Assembly (NCBI GenBank): GCA_964640435.1
Contig: CAZXFJ010000002.1
Span: 4,175-68,174, forward strand
From: an uncultured Gammaproteobacteria bacterium
Lineage (GTDB): Bacteria > Patescibacteriota > Microgenomatia > Levybacterales > GWA1-39-11
DNA length: 64,000 bases
Direction of reading: 5' to 3'
In this document: in pieces, positions 1 to 7,934 of the stretch
Layout: the number at the start of each line of letters is the position of its first letter
Numbering within the stretch: position 1 is the first letter of the stretch
The notes under the pieces: generated by a model
The model's database searches: none
Seen by the model: the letters and a program-made list of their open reading frames with translations, nothing else
Told to the model about the DNA's origin: nothing
Program-made: the position numbers and the translations under genes

Positions 1-540
1 GTTAAAACATTAAATGATGAACTTATAAGTTTACTTAAAAGTCTTACGCCAACTGAAAACTGTATTAAACTTTATTGCAGTTTTGTTATGAAAGCATATA
101 GTGAGAAAATGACAAAGCTTAATAAGGCTAAAAGAATTGCCGACCAAGAAATAGAAAGGCTGAGTGGACTTAGACAAACATTGGTAGAGAAGAATTTAGC
201 AGGAATTTATTCAGATGATATTTTCCGAGAGCAAAACTTCATGATTGAGGAAAAACTAATAGCAGCTCACAATGCTAAGAATGATGAGATTATAGGTAAA
301 TATAATATAGATGCAATAATAGGATTTATTGAAAAAAAGATCTCAAATTTAGCAACGACATATAGAGAATCAAGCCTGAGTCAGTTGCGCTGCCTTCTCG
401 GTTCGATTTTCTTAAAAGGATTAGCATGGGACTATCCGGGGTGTTCGAACCAAGAGATTAGCCCGGTATATCAATCTATTCTCACTATTGAAAAGGCAGG
501 TGTACCTTTAGGTGACCCCATCGGAATTCGAATCCGAGTT
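1..540. mobile_element. Probable right boundary of an element integrated at the 3' end of tRNA-Glu
   Basis: A recombinase-like ORF converges on and overlaps the tRNA 3' end. The other att copy is not in the window. Confidence 0.45.
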
Positions 541-558
541 TTCAGGATGAGAACCTGA
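1..558 (+). CDS. C-terminal part of a probable large serine recombinase/integrase (5'-truncated by window edge)
   Basis: Frame is open from base 1 (VKTLNDELISLLKSL...). The coiled-coil segment 'EIERLSGLRQTLVEKNLAGIYSDDIFREQ' is typical of LSR C-termini, and the frame ends inside the antisense tRNA. The catalytic domain lies outside the window. Confidence 0.6.
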   Translation, partial: VKTLNDELISLLKSLTPTENCIKLYCSFVMKAYSEKMTKLNKAKRIADQEIERLSGLRQTLVEKNLAGIYSDDIFREQNFMIEEKLIAAHNAKNDEIIGKYNIDAIIGFIEKKISNLATTYRESSLSQLRCLLGSIFLKGLAWDYPGCSNQEISPVYQSILTIEKAGVPLGDPIGIRIRVFRMRT

Positions 559-584
559 TGTCCTAACCACTAGACTATGGGGCC
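511..584 (-). tRNA. tRNA-Glu (anticodon CTC)
   Basis: The reverse complement folds as a cloverleaf: GGCCCCA-TA-GTCT/AGTGGTTA/GGAC-A-TCAGG/TTCTCAT/CCTGA-AAAC-TCGGA/TTCGAAT/TCCGA-TGGGGTC-ACC. The 3' end reads ACCT, so CCA is not fully encoded. Confidence 0.95.
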
Positions 585-629
585 GAGGCATATATTTTAC
601 CTTAAAACTAGCCTCAATCTCAAGTTTGA

Positions 630-644
630 TATAATATCTCTATG
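630..644 (+). promoter_or_regulatory. -10 box (TATAAT) 6 nt upstream of ATG; putative leaderless promoter
   Basis: TATAAT at 630-635, ATG at 642, no SD. Confidence 0.55.
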
Positions 645-1133
645 AATACTGAAGAATATATCCGAGATGAATTGGTTTTTCATTTAACCCTTGGCCATGC
701 ACATATGCCGTTTGATGAGGCTATTCACGATTTTCCAACTTCAAAAATTAATGAAAAATTTCTCAATGAAGAATATACATTTTGGCATCTACTTGAACAC
801 ATAAGAAGAACGCAGGCAGATATCTTAAATTTTATGGTAAATCCAGATTATAAAGAGCCTGAATGGCCTAAAGATTATTGGCCAGAAAAGTCTGAAAAGG
901 CAAATCGTGTTCAGTGGGCAAAAACTATTCGGGATTTTAAGAAAGATCAGAAGGAACTAGTAAAACTTGTAAAAGATAATAAGATAGATCTGTATAAAAA
1001 AATTCCTAAAGGAACAGGGCAAACCGTATTTCGAGAAATATTTGTTGTAACAGATCATAATGCATATCACATCGGAGAATTTGCAATTATGAGACAAGCG
1101 CTCAATGCATGGGGAAAAAGCCACAAGAGTTAA
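642..1133 (+). CDS. DinB-superfamily protein
   Basis: 'WHLLEHI' and 'DHNAYHIGE' His motifs; 163 aa. Confidence 0.85.
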   Translation: MNTEEYIRDELVFHLTLGHAHMPFDEAIHDFPTSKINEKFLNEEYTFWHLLEHIRRTQADILNFMVNPDYKEPEWPKDYWPEKSEKANRVQWAKTIRDFKKDQKELVKLVKDNKIDLYKKIPKGTGQTVFREIFVVTDHNAYHIGEFAIMRQALNAWGKSHKS

Positions 1134-1669
1134 ATAAAACTGTGAATTGGAGAATAGTAGAGAATAATTCCTAAAATACTTGCCAGGATAAAGCTTAAAA
1201 ACCCATTAATTTTTATAATTTTCGCCATAACTATCATTGAAATAAACACTATCCACGGAATTCCACTTATTAACACACTTTGGCCAATTGATGCAGTTGC
1301 TGAAAAAATAAGTCCAATTGATACAACAGTAATTCCTTTTATTAAATGATTTACAATCTCAACATCTTTAAATTTTTGATAGCCTTTCATCATTGGGATC
1401 ATTAATAATCCAGGAATAATAATAGAAATAGATGAAAGAACTGCTCCAAATGGTCCAAAAAGAAAATATCCAATTGCAGCAATATACAGGTTAACTTGTC
1501 CGGGTGTGACACGTGCTATTGCATATGCGTAAAGTAATTGGTCTTGAGTTATTGCATGATGATTTACAACCAGTGCTTGTTGTAGAAGAGGCAACATTAC
1601 GGGACCATTACCAAATGTGATAATGGTATCAAACATTAATGTCCAAAGAAGATCAATAAGGGAGATCAT
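1130..1669 (-). CDS. chrA: Chromate transporter (short-chain CHR, second subunit)
   Basis: 'TFGNGPVMLPLLQQALV...AIARVTPGQ...IGY' CHR signature; multiple TM segments. Confidence 0.8.
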   Translation of the reverse strand: MISLIDLLWTLMFDTIITFGNGPVMLPLLQQALVVNHHAITQDQLLYAYAIARVTPGQVNLYIAAIGYFLFGPFGAVLSSISIIIPGLLMIPMMKGYQKFKDVEIVNHLIKGITVVSIGLIFSATASIGQSVLISGIPWIVFISMIVMAKIIKINGFLSFILASILGIILYYSPIHSFI

Positions 1670-2216
1670 GGCCCCCCTTTACTGTTGAGAAAATTATTAT
1701 TCCTAAAACTCCTCCAGCAATAATAACGAGTGCTACATTAATACTTAATACAAATGTAGCTATAAATGCAGCTGTTGCAAACGCAATTAAAAGAGGAGAG
1801 TGAAAAACATCTTTTCCCATGCTTATCGCTGAAATAAAAATAAGACCAACTGCAGCAGGTAGTACTGAATAATTAATAAGATCAAAGAAATGACTATCTT
1901 TAAGAACTGTATAGAATGCAGCCAAAATTAATGTTAAAGTAAAACCTGGTAACATTACTCCTAAAAGCGCTACTAGAATTCCAAAAAGGTTTTTATATTT
2001 GTATCCAATTCCAATAGCAAGGGCTGTGACCGTGCCACTTGGGACAATCCTTCCAACAGCAAAAAGAGACATAAATTCACTACGACTCATAAATTTATGT
2101 TTTTGAACGAGCTCATGCTCCATTGCAAAGACAACTGCAAGTCCTCCACCTAGGGCAAAACCAGCTTTCAAGAAAATAAAAAATAACTGCCTATATGTCA
2201 TTTCTTTTTTTGTCAT
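1653..2216 (-). CDS. chrA: Chromate transporter (short-chain CHR, first subunit)
   Basis: 'FLKAGFALGGGLAV...ELVQKHKFMSRSEF...GRIVPSG...GIGY'. ATG 2216 is chosen over the longer ORF-track start. Confidence 0.85.
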   Translation of the reverse strand: MTKKEMTYRQLFFIFLKAGFALGGGLAVVFAMEHELVQKHKFMSRSEFMSLFAVGRIVPSGTVTALAIGIGYKYKNLFGILVALLGVMLPGFTLTLILAAFYTVLKDSHFFDLINYSVLPAAVGLIFISAISMGKDVFHSPLLIAFATAAFIATFVLSINVALVIIAGGVLGIIIFSTVKGGHDLPY

Positions 2217-2297
2217 AGGAAAGACCAGGAAGAAGTAACGGGGATGTCTCACTCACAGGTCCAGTATATTATACAAAAAATTTGGTAAAATTTAGAG

Positions 2298-3587
2298 ATG
2301 AATAATCCAGAGGTACCAACAGGACGAAGACCCCATGTGGTTGAGCTTCGATATTCTGAAGAGGGGTTAGATACAGAGCAGAAAAAACTTCTTGGAATAT
2401 ATAAGGATGTTGTTGTTGAAACTGGAAATGTTTGGGATTCCTTACTAAAAATTGGTGAGCAACCAGTAGGTTTTTCTCGTGATGAGTTAGCAGGTGTTAC
2501 TAAGCGAAACCCAGGATACAATTTTATATTTGAAGTTGATCAAGGTTCTCTTGGGGCAATGCCATACGAGCTTTTGCTCGCAAAACCTCTTGCTCCAATT
2601 TTGTCATCACTCTCTGAAGCAATTGAGGTGACAAGTGATCCTGATGAAAAAAGATATCTTGAGGGCACAATTGGCGCATTGAGAGACGGACAATATGAAG
2701 ATGGAATGCGTGAATGGATAAATAATAACCCAAAAATTGGACTTACTGTTGGGTATTTTCAATATAAAGATCGGTCTCGTACTGAACATGCTTTATCTGC
2801 ATGGGTTGGAATAAAAGATGATGATATGACTGAGTTAGCAACAAGAATTGGAGACATCTACAAAAGAACATATGGATCTAATGTTAAGGTTGTTAATCGC
2901 GCCGAAAGAAGTGTAATTTTTGGGGGAGACATAGCAGATGCCCCAACAATTCCTGGTGCTGGCGCATTACCAAACGAACAAGGATGGAGAGAAAGACATG
3001 GAACCAAGATAACATTCTTTTTAAATTCAACTGAAAAGACAAATGAGGAAAAGCTTCCAATAACTCGCTCAATATGGGATGAGGCCTCAGAATATACTGA
3101 CGACGAATTTAAGACACTCGGTTTTAAATTGCTTGCAGCGCATGAGAATATGCATCCTGCTACAAGGCATGACAATGACGAGGCAAGACTTACAAACAAC
3201 TTCACGTATATTAGTGAAACACTATGTGATGTTTTAGCGCAAAAATTATCCGGAGATTTAATTGACCAATTAATTTCTAAAAAAGAATTGAGAGCTGCAA
3301 TTCCATCCATTGTATCAACAGCGTTGACACTAAGACGGAAAGGAATGCCACTTAACTACCCGCACATGCAAGGATGGGCAACAATTACAAATTACATGAT
3401 TGAAAATGGCGGAGTAGAAATTGATAATCGAAAGTTAAAGCTAGGTTCAGACGAGCAAATGAGAAGTGCAATTCTTGGCTTAACAGAAAGACTCGAAGAT
3501 ATTATAAGACGCGGAAACAATGAAGACGCAAAAACATTACTTGAAGCTTATGGTGATGCGAGAGTTTTTGATAAGTTAATTAATTAA
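2298..3587 (+). CDS. Peptidase M49 (DPP III)-like Zn-dependent hydrolase
   Basis: 'ALPNEQGWRERHGTK' (LPN..R...GxK), HExxH 'HENMH' and a downstream 'ETLCD' third-ligand-like motif. Confidence 0.6.
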   Translation: MNNPEVPTGRRPHVVELRYSEEGLDTEQKKLLGIYKDVVVETGNVWDSLLKIGEQPVGFSRDELAGVTKRNPGYNFIFEVDQGSLGAMPYELLLAKPLAPILSSLSEAIEVTSDPDEKRYLEGTIGALRDGQYEDGMREWINNNPKIGLTVGYFQYKDRSRTEHALSAWVGIKDDDMTELATRIGDIYKRTYGSNVKVVNRAERSVIFGGDIADAPTIPGAGALPNEQGWRERHGTKITFFLNSTEKTNEEKLPITRSIWDEASEYTDDEFKTLGFKLLAAHENMHPATRHDNDEARLTNNFTYISETLCDVLAQKLSGDLIDQLISKKELRAAIPSIVSTALTLRRKGMPLNYPHMQGWATITNYMIENGGVEIDNRKLKLGSDEQMRSAILGLTERLEDIIRRGNNEDAKTLLEAYGDARVFDKLIN

Positions 3588-4146
3588 CTTCGAGAAGATT
3601 CCCGTTGTCTTGAATTTCATATTTTTCTATAACTTCAATATTCGGCTCCATCGACATCGGTGCATTTTCTGGCCTATCCATATAGAAAAGCATGACAAGT
3701 CCATTTTTATATTTAGCTGAATCCTCTATGTTTAGAGATTTTATTTTAATTCTGTCTCCGAGTGGAATGAGCTGTGAATAAACAACTTTCCCATCGATTT
3801 TGGATGCAGTAACTAATGAATAAAAGGTTCCTGATCCACCGGGCGAATCAACAATTATAGCAGCTGCATGATTCCCATCAGGACTTGCTGTTGCATTCAT
3901 AATTAGAGCTACATGTTGCTTGTTGGAACTTTCATAAGCACCCCTTCTAAATGTTATTGGTTCTTCATTAATATTTATTGTAAAGTTATCAAAGCCAAAT
4001 GGTTTTTTCTGCATTGTTTGAATATCTGTTGGTGTTGGAGCAAATGAGTGTTTATGGGTTACAAAGTAACCAATAAGGACAAGTATTAGGAAGGTAATAA
4101 TGATCCAAAAGATTTTCATTTTCTTTTTATTTGTACTTTTTGCCAT
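3580..4146 (-). CDS. Hypothetical membrane-anchored extracellular protein
   Basis: Basic N-terminus plus a single TM helix; 'PGGSGTFY' motif. Confidence 0.7.
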   Translation of the reverse strand: MAKSTNKKKMKIFWIIITFLILVLIGYFVTHKHSFAPTPTDIQTMQKKPFGFDNFTININEEPITFRRGAYESSNKQHVALIMNATASPDGNHAAAIIVDSPGGSGTFYSLVTASKIDGKVVYSQLIPLGDRIKIKSLNIEDSAKYKNGLVMLFYMDRPENAPMSMEPNIEVIEKYEIQDNGNLLEVN

Positions 4147-4198
4147 AGTATAAGTATCCTTTTAATTTCGTCTTTTTTCAAGTATTATAATCTTTGAA

Positions 4199-4744
4199 AT
4201 GAGCAAGACTTCAGACCTTCAAAAGATTGCAGTTGATATTGAAAAATGTGAAATTTGTAAGAAAAATAAACATGGGAAAGCTGTCGTTGGTGAGGGAAAT
4301 CCAGATGCTGATGTAATATTTATAGGGGAAGCACCTGGTAGAAACGAAGCCTTAACAGGAAGACCTTTTATAGGAAGATCTGGAAGGTTGCTACGCGAAG
4401 CGATAACAGGTTTGGGATTGAAAGAAGAAGATGTATATATAACAAGTCCTGTTAAGTATCTTCCGGATTATGTTACACCTACAGATGAAGATATAGCCCA
4501 TGGAATGACCCATCTTTCAAAGCAAATTGAGGTTATTGATCCAAAAGTTTTAGTTCTGCTTGGTAGAGTTGCGGTTCGTGGAGTGCTCGGCGACAAAGTT
4601 ATGATTAGCAAGCTTCACGGGGAGTTTGTAAATAAAAATGGACGTACATACTTCATTTCGTATCATCCAGCTGCAGCAATTCGTTTTCAAAAGTTCAGGA
4701 AAGTCTTCTTAGATGATTTTCAAAAAATTAAGGAAGTTTTATGA
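4199..4744 (+). CDS. Uracil-DNA glycosylase, family 4-like
   Basis: CxxC, 'GEAPG...PFIGRSG', 'LLGRVA' and 'HPAA' motifs. Confidence 0.9.
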   Translation: MSKTSDLQKIAVDIEKCEICKKNKHGKAVVGEGNPDADVIFIGEAPGRNEALTGRPFIGRSGRLLREAITGLGLKEEDVYITSPVKYLPDYVTPTDEDIAHGMTHLSKQIEVIDPKVLVLLGRVAVRGVLGDKVMISKLHGEFVNKNGRTYFISYHPAAAIRFQKFRKVFLDDFQKIKEVL

Positions 4745-5802
4745 CATTTCAAGATATTCTTTCTCAAAGACTCGTAAACGAACAGCTTATTAAGACTAAA
4801 TTTAAAACAGCCCGAGATCTTGTCTCATGGTTCGGAGCAGTTCAGTCACAGGATTATCTAGGTGCAAAATGGGCTCTGGGACAACGACTTAACATAAAAG
4901 ATTCTGACATCGAAAAAGAATTTAATGATGGTCGAATCATAAGAACTCATGTAATGCGTCCTACTTGGCATTTTGTGGCTCCGGAGGATATTCTGTGGAT
5001 GCAAGAACTGACCTCTCCGCGTGTTAATAAGATAATGAATTATTACAACAAAAAACTGGGTTTAGATACTGAATTATTTAAAAAGACTAATAAACTTATT
5101 GAAAAAGTCCTAGCTGAAGGAAATTATTTAACAAAAATTGAGATAAAAGATCTCCTTGATAAAGAAAAAATACATACAAATACGCAAACACTTTCTCATG
5201 TTATTTCTACTGCTGAGCTTGAGGGAATTATTTGTAGTGGTCCACGTAAAGGAAATAAATTTACCTATGCATTAATTTCAGATAGGGCACCAAAGGCAAA
5301 AAAACTACCAAGAGAAGATGCGTTAAAAGAACTAGTTAAGCGATATTTTCAGAGTCATGGACCTGCAACGATAAGAGATTTTGTTTGGTGGTCAGGATTA
5401 ACCGTTCTTGATGCAAAGCTCGGAATAGAAGCGAATAAATTAAAATCAGAAACTTTGAAGGGTAAAACTTACTGGTTTTTTGAAATTGGAAAGGTAAATA
5501 TTCCATCTCCGGATTTATATTTACTTCCTAATTATGATGAATTCACTATAGCATATCAGGACCGTGATCCATTTTTAAAACCCGAAGCAATAGAGTATTT
5601 TAAAACACAAGGAAATGCTGCATTTTGGAATGCAGTTATATATAAAGGGGAAATTGCAGGTAAGTGGAAGAAGACAACAGGTAAAAATATATTAAACTTA
5701 CAAGTTAAATTATTTGATGAAGCTAAAAATGAGACAAATAAGCTTGAAAAGGAGATAGTAAAATTAGGAGATTTTTTTGAAGTTGAAATTAAATTTAACT
5801 AG
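4741..5802 (+). CDS. AlkZ/YcaQ-family (HTH_42) DNA glycosylase
   Basis: 'GAVQSQD' QxQ motif, 'RTHVMRPTWHFV', 'HGPATIRDFVWWSGL' and 'LLPNYDEF'. Confidence 0.85.
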   Translation: MTFQDILSQRLVNEQLIKTKFKTARDLVSWFGAVQSQDYLGAKWALGQRLNIKDSDIEKEFNDGRIIRTHVMRPTWHFVAPEDILWMQELTSPRVNKIMNYYNKKLGLDTELFKKTNKLIEKVLAEGNYLTKIEIKDLLDKEKIHTNTQTLSHVISTAELEGIICSGPRKGNKFTYALISDRAPKAKKLPREDALKELVKRYFQSHGPATIRDFVWWSGLTVLDAKLGIEANKLKSETLKGKTYWFFEIGKVNIPSPDLYLLPNYDEFTIAYQDRDPFLKPEAIEYFKTQGNAAFWNAVIYKGEIAGKWKKTTGKNILNLQVKLFDEAKNETNKLEKEIVKLGDFFEVEIKFN

Positions 5803-6946
5803 TGAATCCGATTTCCTTCATGACTCTTTGTGCGCGGTTTAACAACTCTTCTCGATTATTTCCAAAATAAGTTATATGTCCTCTTTTTCTGGGAGGAAAT
5901 TGTTCGCGAGGCCCTTTATGGTACCAATGTACATATCCCCCTTCTGACTCGATGTATTCTTTATCTTCCTCGCTCATCTCTTTATAATCAACGCCTCCAT
6001 TAAGGTTATGCATTAATACTATCTCTCCTGGTTTAGCAACCTCCGCCCTTTCGGGCAAGTGGAGTCCTGCTGCAATTGAGACCATTGCATCAAATTGAGA
6101 AAAATTTGTTCCTTCAATGCTCCAGTGACCTGTATTATGAGTGCGTCCCGCGATTTCATTAATTCGTAACCCAAGGTTTGTATCAAAAATTTCAACTCCA
6201 TATAAACCTTCGCCTTCGAGTACATTAAGTAGCTTATTGCACATTTCAGCTATTTCTTTTTCAAGTTTTTCACCAGCTCCAGAGGGATAAAATGTATGTT
6301 CAAGCATTCCATTCTTATGAACTGATTCAACAGTTGGAAATATAATTCTTCCGCCATACGCATCTTTTCCAATAATTGTGGCGAGCTCTCGAATAAGGGG
6401 TAATCGTCTTTCAACAACCATATCTTGACCTTCAAATTCCTTCCATGCTTCATTTAGATCCTCTAGCGTTGTAACGTGTTTATTTCCGCGTCCATCGAAA
6501 CCACCTTCTGCGGTTTTGACTATCACATCATGATCGAAAACACTATAAGCATCTCTGAGTTCTTTACGACTTATTGCTGGTAGCCAAGGGGCAATTGGTA
6601 TTCCGGCTTCTCTTAATAATTCCTTTTGAGCAATTCTATTCTGGATTATTTTTGTATATTTAGGATTTGGAATTATTGGAATACCTCTTTCATCAAGCTC
6701 AACTAATCCATCAGTATTTATATGGTCGGTATCAAGATTTATAGATCTAACGTTCCCGCCAAATGATATTTGATCTGATTTATTGTTAGGGTCTCCTTCA
6801 AATATATCGGAGGCGAATGATGCTGGACTACCCTTTTTTCCTAAAACCAAAACGGGAATATTTCTGTCGTTTGCTGCCTGTGCAGTCATCAATGCAAGTT
6901 GTCCATCTGAAGCGATGCCTATTGGTTTTTCGGACTCTAAAGTCAT
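5795..6946 (-). CDS. purK: N5-carboxyaminoimidazole ribonucleotide synthase-like ATP-grasp enzyme
   Basis: 'DGQLALM', 'KTAEGGFDGRGN', 'INEIAGRTHNTGHWS' and 'RKRGHIT'; divergent from the consensus. Confidence 0.8.
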   Translation of the reverse strand: MTLESEKPIGIASDGQLALMTAQAANDRNIPVLVLGKKGSPASFASDIFEGDPNNKSDQISFGGNVRSINLDTDHINTDGLVELDERGIPIIPNPKYTKIIQNRIAQKELLREAGIPIAPWLPAISRKELRDAYSVFDHDVIVKTAEGGFDGRGNKHVTTLEDLNEAWKEFEGQDMVVERRLPLIRELATIIGKDAYGGRIIFPTVESVHKNGMLEHTFYPSGAGEKLEKEIAEMCNKLLNVLEGEGLYGVEIFDTNLGLRINEIAGRTHNTGHWSIEGTNFSQFDAMVSIAAGLHLPERAEVAKPGEIVLMHNLNGGVDYKEMSEEDKEYIESEGGYVHWYHKGPREQFPPRKRGHITYFGNNREELLNRAQRVMKEIGFTS

Positions 6947-6965
6947 GAAGAAATAGTATCAGAAT

Positions 6966-7862
6966 TTATTGCATTGTCAATCTCTTTTGATTCTGTTTCC
7001 AATTGTTTTTGCATGAATCATCACAGAAGGCATATCGGGTTTCACTATCCAGACAATTATCGCAGCAAATATAATGTTTGTGGCATACATCATACATGCA
7101 ATTTACATATGATTCAGATGGTATTCCGCAAAAAGTGCATCTTCCAACGATCTCATGCTCAGGTGAATCAGTGTTAAACCCAATAGTTAAACGTTTATCA
7201 AATACATAAAGTTTCCCTTTAAAGTATTTATTTGGATACCTTTCCATAAATGTTTGTATGCCATCTTTAAGTTGGTATACGTCTTTGAAACCATTTTCAA
7301 CTAAAAAGCCTGATGCTTTTTCGCATCTAACTCCACCTGTGCAAACCGTAACTACAGTTTTTCCCTTTAAATGTGCTAAGCGTGGTAGAACTTCTTTAAG
7401 CTGAAAGAAATTTTTCATTCCCGAAGGAACAAATCCATCAAAATATCCTGACGCATATTCGTAATCATTTCTCATATCAACAATATAGAATTCTTTTTTA
7501 GACTCAAACCAATCAAATAGTTCGTCAGCTGTAAGATATTTTCCTGTAACCTTTGTTGGATTCGTATCAACTTTAGCAGTAACAATTTCAGGACGAACTC
7601 TTACACGAAGCTCAGGAAATGATTTCCCATCACTTTCGCTTCTTTTGTAATTAATCTTAGTAAGAAGAGGATTTTTTTCTGTTTCCCGAATATATTCTTC
7701 TGTTGCTTCAACTGTTCCTTCAAGAGTTCCATTGATTCCTTCATGCGCAACGATAATTCTTCCCATAAGGCCAAGCCTTTCGCAAAGTGCTTTTTGTTCA
7801 TCACGAACTTTAGCTGGATTATCAATATTCACATACTTGTAATAAAGTAAAACTTGAAACAT
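6966..7862 (-). CDS. trhO: Rhodanese-domain tRNA uridine(34) hydroxylase (YceA/UPF0176)
   Basis: 'LLYYKY', 'GRIIVAHEGINGT', 'DMRNDYE', 'CTGGVRCEKAS', 'GKLYVFDKR' and a Cys-rich C-terminus. Confidence 0.9.
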   Translation of the reverse strand: MFQVLLYYKYVNIDNPAKVRDEQKALCERLGLMGRIIVAHEGINGTLEGTVEATEEYIRETEKNPLLTKINYKRSESDGKSFPELRVRVRPEIVTAKVDTNPTKVTGKYLTADELFDWFESKKEFYIVDMRNDYEYASGYFDGFVPSGMKNFFQLKEVLPRLAHLKGKTVVTVCTGGVRCEKASGFLVENGFKDVYQLKDGIQTFMERYPNKYFKGKLYVFDKRLTIGFNTDSPEHEIVGRCTFCGIPSESYVNCMYDVCHKHYICCDNCLDSETRYAFCDDSCKNNWKQNQKRLTMQ

Positions 7863-7934
7863 AGAGTTTGATTATACCAAATAGGTTCAATCTTGAATAT
7901 TGAATTAGCAAATTAGCTCGTTATAATAGCAATT
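7863..7934. promoter_or_regulatory. Divergent leaderless-type promoters for trhO and purB
   Basis: Minus strand TGgTATAAT (hexamer 7871-7876) lies 8 nt from the trhO ATG. Plus strand TATAAT (7922-7927) lies 7 nt from the purB ATG. Confidence 0.6.

Noticed and set aside
2217-2252. N-terminal extension MRHPRYFFLVFP of the chromate transporter
   Set aside because: It depends on a non-ATG start, and CHR homology begins after ATG 2216. It cannot be fully excluded.
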